DNA of 64,000 nucleotides from Escherichia coli (GTDB lineage Bacteria; Pseudomonadota; Gammaproteobacteria; Enterobacterales; Enterobacteriaceae): NCBI RefSeq assembly GCF_003334305.1, contig NZ_QOWS01000021.1; one strand, 5' to 3'. Shown piece by piece: positions 56,325 to 64,000 of this stretch (position 1 is its first letter; each line of letters starts with the position of its first letter). The notes under the pieces were generated by a model. It saw only the letters and a program-made list of their open reading frames with translations, ran no database searches and was not told where the DNA came from. The position numbers and the translations under genes were made by a program.

Positions 56325-58106
56325 TTATTCATAGTGCATGAAGCAGGTTTCAGTCGGTGCGTCCGCTGCGTTATCGGCGATATCTTCAAATTCCATGACG
56401 TTATGCAGTTCGCTGCCCATCGAAATATTGGTCACACGCTCGAGAATAACTTCCACGACTACCGGTACCCGATATTGCGCCATTAAGGCTTTCGCCTGTT
56501 CAAAGGCTGGCGCAATATCTTCCGGTTTGAAGACGCGAATCGCTTTACAACCTAAACCTTCCGCTACTTTTACGTGGTCGACGCCGTAACCGTTCACTTC
56601 GCTGGAGTTGATATTCTCGAAAGCGAGTTGCACGCAGTAGTCCATATCAAACGCGCGCTGCGACTGACGAATCAGCCCCAGATAAGCGTTGTTGACCAGC
56701 ACATGGATGTACGGAATGTTGAACTGCGCGCCAACAGCTAACTCTTCAATCAGGAACTGGAAGTCAAAGTCGCCAGAAATCGCCACCACATTGCGTTTCG
56801 GATCAGCGGCACAAACCCCTAGCGCAGCCGGAATCGTCCAGCCTAACGGACCAGCCTGACCACAGTTGATCCAGTGGCGGTCTTTAAAGACATGCAGCAT
56901 TTGCGCAGCGGCAATTTGCGACAGACCAATGGTGGTGACATAGCAAACATCGCGACCAAAGGCTTTGTTCATCTCTTCATACACGCGCTGCGGTTTCACC
57001 GGCACGTTGTCGAAATGGGTTTTGCGCAGCAAAGTGCGTTTGCGCTGCTGGCAGTCGGCGACCCATTCTTTACGACACGGCAGACGACCCGCTTTTTGCA
57101 TCTCCTGCGCCACTTCAACCAGCAGTGTCAGCGCCGCTTTAGCATCAGAGACAATGCCGAGATCCGGACACAGCACGCGACCAATTTGCGTCGGCTCAAT
57201 ATCGATATGAACGATTTTGCGCCCTTCGGTGTATTTCTCTACCGAACCGGTATGACGGTTAGCAAAACGGTTACCGATACCAAACACCATGTCGGACGCC
57301 AGCAACGTTGCGTTACCGTAACGATGCGCGGTTTGCAGACCCACCATCCCGGCCATCAGTTCATGATCGTCCGGGATACAGCCCCAGCCCATCAGCGTTG
57401 GGATCACCGGAACGCTGGTCAGTTCAGCAAACTGTTGTAACAGTGCAGCTGCGTCAGCATTAATTACCCCGCCCCCGGCAACAATCACCGGACGTTCGGC
57501 CTGGATTAACATTTCTACAGCTTTTTCGATCTGCATACGGCTGGCAGCAGGTTTGTAGACCGGCAGCGGTTCGTACATGTCAGGATCAAACTCGATTTCC
57601 GCAACCTGAACGTCGAACGGTAAATCCACCAGTACCGGACCCGGACGACCAGAACGCATCAGGTGAAATGCCTGTTGCAGCACGCGAGGCACCAGCGCCG
57701 CTTCACGAACTGTAACCGCCATTTTGCTGACCGGTTTAGCAATTGCTTCAATATCTACGGCCTGAAAATCTTCTTTATGCAGACGGGCGCGCGGTGCCTG
57801 GCCGGTAATGCACAGAATAGGAATGGAATCAGCAGAAGCGGAATAGAGCGCGGTGATCATGTCCGTGCCCGCAGGACCGGAAGTCCCCAGACATACGCCG
57901 ATATTTCCTGCCGTTGCGCGGGTATAACCTTCCGCCATGTGCGAAGCACCTTCCACATGACGCGCCAGAATGTGACGAATACCGCCGTGCTTACGCATCG
58001 CTGAGTAGAACGGATTGATTGCAGCTCCCGGAACACCGAAGGCGGTGGTGATACCTTCTTTCTCCAGCACATACATTGCCGCGTCAACGGCTCTCATTTT
58101 TGCCAT
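56325..58106 (-). CDS. gcl: Glyoxylate carboligase Gcl (ThDP-dependent)
   Basis: ORF 56325..58196 trimmed to ATG at 58106 ([34 protein letters not shown]...) with AAGGTAGGA SD; 593 aa. Confidence 0.95.
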   Translation of the reverse strand: MAKMRAVDAAMYVLEKEGITTAFGVPGAAINPFYSAMRKHGGIRHILARHVEGASHMAEGYTRATAGNIGVCLGTSGPAGTDMITALYSASADSIPILCITGQAPRARLHKEDFQAVDIEAIAKPVSKMAVTVREAALVPRVLQQAFHLMRSGRPGPVLVDLPFDVQVAEIEFDPDMYEPLPVYKPAASRMQIEKAVEMLIQAERPVIVAGGGVINADAAALLQQFAELTSVPVIPTLMGWGCIPDDHELMAGMVGLQTAHRYGNATLLASDMVFGIGNRFANRHTGSVEKYTEGRKIVHIDIEPTQIGRVLCPDLGIVSDAKAALTLLVEVAQEMQKAGRLPCRKEWVADCQQRKRTLLRKTHFDNVPVKPQRVYEEMNKAFGRDVCYVTTIGLSQIAAAQMLHVFKDRHWINCGQAGPLGWTIPAALGVCAADPKRNVVAISGDFDFQFLIEELAVGAQFNIPYIHVLVNNAYLGLIRQSQRAFDMDYCVQLAFENINSSEVNGYGVDHVKVAEGLGCKAIRVFKPEDIAPAFEQAKALMAQYRVPVVVEVILERVTNISMGSELHNVMEFEDIADNAADAPTETCFMHYE

Positions 58107-58126
58107 TTTATTCCTACCTTTATTTA

Positions 58127-58143
58127 TTGGAAAATTTTTCCAA
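58127..58143. promoter_or_regulatory. AllR operator-like palindrome in gcl promoter region
   Basis: ttggaaaatttttccaa, near-perfect inverted repeat between allR terminator and gcl start. Confidence 0.6.
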
Positions 58144-58158
58144 CTTTCAAATTTTGTC

Positions 58159-58183
58159 AAAAAAACCCGCTCCGCAGAGCGGG
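58159..58183 (-). terminator. Rho-independent terminator after allR (minus strand)
   Basis: cccgctccgcagagcggg hairpin with A-run on forward strand immediately 5' (U-run on minus strand). Confidence 0.7.
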
Positions 58184-58195
58184 ATGCGACAGACA

Positions 58196-59011
58196 TTATG
58201 GATGTGCTTTCAGTCCCAACGCCGTGCTGATATCGCGGGCGGTGTCTCTGACCAGCTCACCCTGACTGACAAAACGATCTTCTGTCAGTCTTGATGAAGG
58301 CCCGGAGATGGAGATAGCGGCAACAACACTACCTACATCATCGTAAATTGCTGAAGCTAAGCAATTCAGACCTACAACATGCTCTTCTTTATCTACGGTA
58401 TAGCCCAGTTCACGCGCTTGTTCCAGGTCCTTCAGCAAGGTGGGCATATCCACAAGCGTAGTTGGCGTAAACTGCTGCAAACCGGTTTGCAGAATGATGC
58501 TCATCAACTCCTCTTCCGCCAGCGGATAAAGCAGCGCTTTGCCCGCACCGGAAGCATGCAGCGGCAGACGACTGCCCAGTGGCGCACACATCCTGACCAT
58601 CGATTTACACTCTAACTGACCAATTAATACCGCTTCATTGCCGTTACGGATCGCGACATTGACCGTTTCGCCGGAAAGTAACATCAGGCGGCGCATAAAC
58701 GGCCCGGCGACGGAGAGGACATCGCGGTTATGGATGTACGCTGCACCGACGTTAAAGACACCTAATCCTATATGCCACCAGCCTAATTGACTGTCCTGAT
58801 AGACAAAATCCGCTGCCTGTAAAACCTTCAGCAAGCGAAAGGTCGTGGAGAGCGGCAAATCCAGATTGAGAGAAATATCGCTAACCGACGAGCTTCCCCC
58901 ACTTTTTTCCAGATATTGCAGAATCGCAATTCCCCGCTCTAACGCCTGTGCGCCCTTCTGTGCCACAGGCTCCGCCTGTCCTGGCCTGCCGCGCCGTCTA
59001 ACTTCCGTCAT
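58196..59011 (-). CDS. allR: Allantoin regulon repressor AllR (IclR family)
   Basis: 271 aa [65 protein letters not shown]... Confidence 0.95.
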   Translation of the reverse strand: MTEVRRRGRPGQAEPVAQKGAQALERGIAILQYLEKSGGSSSVSDISLNLDLPLSTTFRLLKVLQAADFVYQDSQLGWWHIGLGVFNVGAAYIHNRDVLSVAGPFMRRLMLLSGETVNVAIRNGNEAVLIGQLECKSMVRMCAPLGSRLPLHASGAGKALLYPLAEEELMSIILQTGLQQFTPTTLVDMPTLLKDLEQARELGYTVDKEEHVVGLNCLASAIYDDVGSVVAAISISGPSSRLTEDRFVSQGELVRDTARDISTALGLKAHP

Positions 59012-59088
59012 ACCTACGTTAACTCCGACCTACAAGTGAGCATAAACAATGAACAATTAGTTTATCTTATGCAAGTCGGTTGCAGGCG

Positions 59089-59571
59089 TCACGCAAAACA
59101 GAGTTCCTGTTCAGGAATACTTTCAACATCACAGTTGTCACTGCCGCCGCGATCGATGGTCAGAAAATCGGTGACGCGCTGCCAGGCGAAAAGTGGGTGA
59201 TGCCAGACGTTACGATGGTAATTCACTCCCTGTTCGCCGTTGGTGATAAACGCCCGCAGCGTTGACAGGTCTGGTTTGTCGTCGCCTAACGCCACGACCA
59301 CCACAAACACTTCACCTTTCATCGGGATAAAGGCCTGAGTGCCCAGCGGATGACGTTCGAGTTCGTGAATGGTCAGCGGCAGATTCGCCGGTTGCGCGCG
59401 GTTAATGCTGATAAGCGTACGGTCTTGCTCAAGAATCTCAACCAGCGCCAAATCGTGGTAACGCTCCACCAGGCCATTGTTAATATGGAAAAAATCCCGT
59501 TGCTGCGTTTCGATTACGTCGCCATAAGCACTAAAGGCTTCCTGACTTAACGGTAATACCTGAAGTTTCAT
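59089..59571 (-). CDS. allA: Ureidoglycolate lyase AllA
   Basis: 160 aa [42 protein letters not shown]... Confidence 0.93.
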
Positions 59572-59676
59572 CTTTTTGTCCTTGTAACATAATTCCGTTC
59601 AACCAGCGCCGACCGGTCAGCTTGGTTTCAATAACAGGCAATCTAAAACCTTAAGAGAACAACATCAATACAAAAG

Positions 59677-59693
59677 TTGGAATATTTTTCCAA
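59677..59693. promoter_or_regulatory. AllR operator-like palindrome in allA-allS divergent intergenic region
   Basis: ttggaatatttttccaa, same TTGGAA...TTCCAA half-sites as the gcl promoter site. Confidence 0.6.
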
Positions 59694-59800
59694 AACTAGA
59701 TTTAGTCCACAAATTGAACAGGGTTATCATGTAAAAATACTGATAAATCAGAGGATAAGAAAATCACGCAACTTGCGGATTTAAAAGGGGATACCTGAAG

Positions 59801-60727
59801 ATGTTCGATCCAGAAACCTTGCGGACTTTCATTGCGGTTGCTGAAACAGGAAGTTTTTCAAAAGCGGCAGAACGATTATGTAAAACCACGGCGACGATCA
59901 GTTATCGCATTAAACTTCTGGAAGAGAATACCGGAGTAGCGCTGTTTTTCCGTACGACTCGTAGCGTAACGTTGACAGCGGCTGGCGAGCATCTACTTTC
60001 CCAGGCCAGAGACTGGCTGAGCTGGCTGGAAAGTATGCCAAGCGAGCTGCAACAGGTGAATGATGGCGTGGAACGCCAGGTGAATATTGTCATCAACAAC
60101 CTGCTCTACAACCCCCAGGCCGTCGCCCAGTTGCTGGCGTGGCTGAATGAACGTTACCCCTTTACCCAGTTTCACATCTCCCGACAAATCTATATGGGCG
60201 TCTGGGATTCGCTATTGTACGAAGGTTTTTCACTGGCTATCGGCGTCACGGGAACCGAGGCGCTGGCAAATACCTTTAGTCTTGATCCCTTAGGATCGGT
60301 GCAATGGCGCTTTGTCATGGCGGCGGATCATCCGCTGGCGAACGTTGAAGAGCCGCTAACAGAAGCGCAGTTGCGGCGCTTTCCGGCGGTCAATATTGAA
60401 GACAGCGCCCGCACCTTAACCAAACGCGTCGCCTGGCGATTGCCAGGGCAAAAAGAGATTATTGTTCCTGATATGGAAACGAAAATCGCCGCCCATCTTG
60501 CGGGCGTTGGCATTGGTTTTTTGCCAAAATCGCTTTGCCAGTCAATGATCGATAATCAACAACTGGTTAGCCGGGTAATCCCAACGATGCGCCCTCCTTC
60601 GCCATTGAGTCTGGCATGGCGCAAATTTGGCAGCGGCAAAGCGGTAGAAGATATTGTGACCTTGTTTACCCAGCGCAGGCCGGAAATCAGCGGATTTTTA
60701 GAAATTTTCGGCAACCCACGCAGTTAA
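59801..60727 (+). CDS. allS: LysR-type activator of allD, AllS
   Basis: 308 aa [59 protein letters not shown]... Confidence 0.93.
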
Positions 60728-60780
60728 AAATCAAGTTTCCTTGCGCGTTGGCGCGTAAAATAGCGCGCAAGCTGATTTGA

Positions 60781-61890
<1,110 letters not shown>

Positions 61891-61969
61891 TGAGGGACGT
61901 ATTTGTATTAGTCGCGACTTGATCTGACACATGGCCTTGAAAGGTTGAGAGTTACCGGTTTTGATATGA

Positions 61970-62377
61970 GTGTCGAATCCTTATCCAAAACAAGAGGTAA
62001 CTCTCATGCTTCATACTGCCAATCCCGTCATCAAACACAAAGCCGGTTTGCTCAATCTGGCTGAAGAACTCAGCAACGTATCAAAAGCCTGTAAAATCAT
62101 GGGCGTTTCGCGTGATACGTTTTATCGTTACCGCGAACTGGTCGCTGAAGGCGGTGTGGATGCGCAGATTAATCGTAGTCGCCGCGCTCCTAACCTTAAG
62201 AACCGTACCGATGAGGCAACTGAACAGGCTGTTGTTGATTACGCCGTCGCTTTCCCGACACATGGTCAGCACCGGGCCAGCAACGAGCTGCGTAAACAGG
62301 GGGTTTTTATCTCCGACAGTGGTGTCCGTTCTGTCTGGTTACTCCATAACCTTGAGAATCTCAAAAGACGATACTGA
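61970..62377 (+). pseudogene. Transposase N-terminal (HTH) fragment, IS remnant lacking catalytic domain
   Basis: 135 aa MSNPYPKQEVTLMLHTANPVIKHKAGLLNLAEELSNVSKACKIMGVSRDTFYRYRELVAEGGV...; resembles IS481/IS3-type transposase N-terminus; no DDE domain follows. Confidence 0.5.
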
Positions 62378-62891
62378 ACAAATTTTATCAGGTGACGTTC
62401 CGTAAAAAGTTGTATGGAGTTCTCGATGCAGTCGGCGCGACTATCAGTACCCCCGCTGAACCCTGGACTATCGGGCCGCCGTACTGGGGCATGTCACCCT
62501 GGCGTGCCGCTGGTTTTCCGCTAATGGTTTATTTCCTCTTTCTTTCCCGGCAAGAATTTATTTTAATCCGGAAGGATTATTTATTTTCAGATAGGGACTC
62601 ACATTAAACACGTAACATTTTAATTAATGCATGGCTGAATATGTATTACACAATGTCAGATATCGTAAAAGACCAGTGCAATTCTATGTAAACTCTCTGA
62701 CTGTTCATTTTATTTGTTGTTTCAGGGTCGGAACTCACCCTCAATAAACAACTGAATACGAGTAGATATTCATCGTCTGAGCTATATGGCTTTACACAAT
62801 AGCCGACATGTCTTTTCTCAGTCAGGAATTTTACTTTTCCTCACTACGAAGTTGACGACTTCGATATGGGATAGACTCTTAATTCAAGCAA

Positions 62892-63383
62892 TTACTCTGC
62901 ACAAGCATCAGGCAATCCAGCTCCAATATTTGTTATAAAATAATGCGTAACATTAATTTCACCAACAAAAAAAAGGTTTACACCATCCCCTTGCCCTGGT
63001 ATCTTACCATATTTACACCACACTTTTTTTGTATCTGGATCATTCTTTGATACGATTTTCGCCACTTGTTCCCTGGCCCTCACTGTCAATGTTTTCTTAA
63101 ACCTACCCCCATCATCATTTGTTAGGGAAAAATAAGAAAAAAAATAATCATCTTCTACATTTGTGTATATTGATATATCCACCGCTACGTGCGGAAAAAA
63201 ATCTGGGAGCCATGTAAAAACTCCATCATTTTCTGGTATTGCCATATAGTTTATGTAATGTTTACTTACAAGAGATTCATCTTTGTATAAATAAAGATAA
63301 GTAATTACGCATAAAACAACAATGATTATAATAGCAAAAATAAATATTATCATCTTTGATAGATTACTTGAGATAGCCAGCAT
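62892..63383 (-). CDS. Putative Rhs-toxin immunity protein (AT-rich, N-terminal TM helix)
   Basis: 163 aa; MIIFIFAIIIIVVLCVITYLYLY hydrophobic N-terminus; start overlaps end of toxin-tip ORF; immediately downstream of Rhs C-terminal domain. Confidence 0.5.
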   Translation of the reverse strand: MLAISSNLSKMIIFIFAIIIIVVLCVITYLYLYKDESLVSKHYINYMAIPENDGVFTWLPDFFPHVAVDISIYTNVEDDYFFSYFSLTNDDGGRFKKTLTVRAREQVAKIVSKNDPDTKKVWCKYGKIPGQGDGVNLFFVGEINVTHYFITNIGAGLPDACAE

Positions 63384-64000
63384 CTTGTAAAGCCTTTATC
63401 GTTTTTTTATGCTCTGGATTAATATAATCACTACATCTATCTGAGCAATCTGTTGTTGATGGACATGTCAACCCATGGTCATTTACAGCCAAGTCTTTTT
63501 TATTATCTTCAATCATTTCAGAATGGGATAGCTTTACTTTTCTGCCGTACATACCGAACAGATTTAACCCGTAATCTCTAATCTCTTTTTCATAACCCAG
63601 CCCTTTCGCCGATCGGCTAACACCAGCGTCATTTAATTTAGACACTCGACAAAATGCCATACAATGGAAAAATTGATCAGTCCCACCTAAATTTAATCTC
63701 TTCATATCTTCATAAGTATCAGATAATATATCCCATGCTCTTTGATGGTTTAGTTGATCTTTTCTTCTTATTAGCGCTACATCTGCGGGACTTAACCCTA
63801 ATGGATCAATACCATTCACCGGATTCAGCGGGTACGCATACAGACTCCATCCCCCCCTCCAGCCCTATCGGGTCCTGAGTGATATACCGCCCCTGCAACG
63901 GATCGTAGTACCGGTTCCGGTTGTAGTACAGCCCCGACTCCTTATCATACTGCTGCCCCGGCAGCCGGTACGGCTGGTGCAGGTGATGCGGGTTCTCCTC
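63364..64000 (-). pseudogene. Rhs-family C-terminal fragment: core end (PxxxxDPxGL-type motif) plus polymorphic toxin tip, interrupted by a frameshift in a homopolymer run; upstream part beyond window
   Basis: Minus-strand translation of 63868..64000 gives ...[33 protein letters not shown], then a 7-C run (63851..63857) shifts frame to ...[32 protein letters not shown]... (ORF 63364..63819). Confidence 0.7.

Noticed and set aside
56874-57440. 188-aa plus-strand ORF inside gcl
   Set aside because: Antisense to gcl
58107-58196. N-terminal extension of gcl (longest ORF starts at 58196)
   Set aside because: Extension would run through the allR terminator and the AllR operator; ATG at 58106 has a good SD and gives the expected 593-aa Gcl

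Overview
This window is Escherichia coli chromosome, reverse-complemented relative to K-12 map order, and reads left to right as: (1) ~27 kb of a lambdoid prophage integrated at tRNA-Arg argU (1..~27300, left end beyond the window); (2) host core genes fimZ, sfmFHDCA, folD, ybcJ, ybcI, cysS, ppiB, lpxH, purEK, ybcF, ylbF, ylbE, fdrA; (3) the allantoin/glyoxylate regulon (allDCE, glxK, ybbY, allB, ybbW, glxR, hyi, gcl, allR, allA, allS) and selU; (4) an IS-transposase remnant and a frameshifted Rhs C-terminal toxin fragment with an immunity-like gene. The prophage is a mosaic: tail, head, terminase, cos and Gam/Bet/Exo proteins match phage lambda as I recall them, while int, Q, nmpC-like porin, lysis genes, rusA/ybcO/ninE/ninB match the DLP12/phage-82 type. 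Unlike the defective DLP12 of K-12 it has the head, packaging, replication and immunity functions visible in the window. The best candidate for an undescribed system is a translationally coupled, AT-rich two-gene cassette at 20474..22122, sitting between cI and the PL/OL operator exactly where lambda carries rexA-rexB: an HTH-fused ImmA/IrrE-type zinc metallopeptidase plus a PIN-like DUF4411-type protein. A second candidate is an opposite-strand AT-rich pair at 16137..16939 (small soluble protein plus 3-TM membrane protein). All protein identifications rest on recalled similarity, not database searches; no numbers were computed beyond coordinates and lengths.
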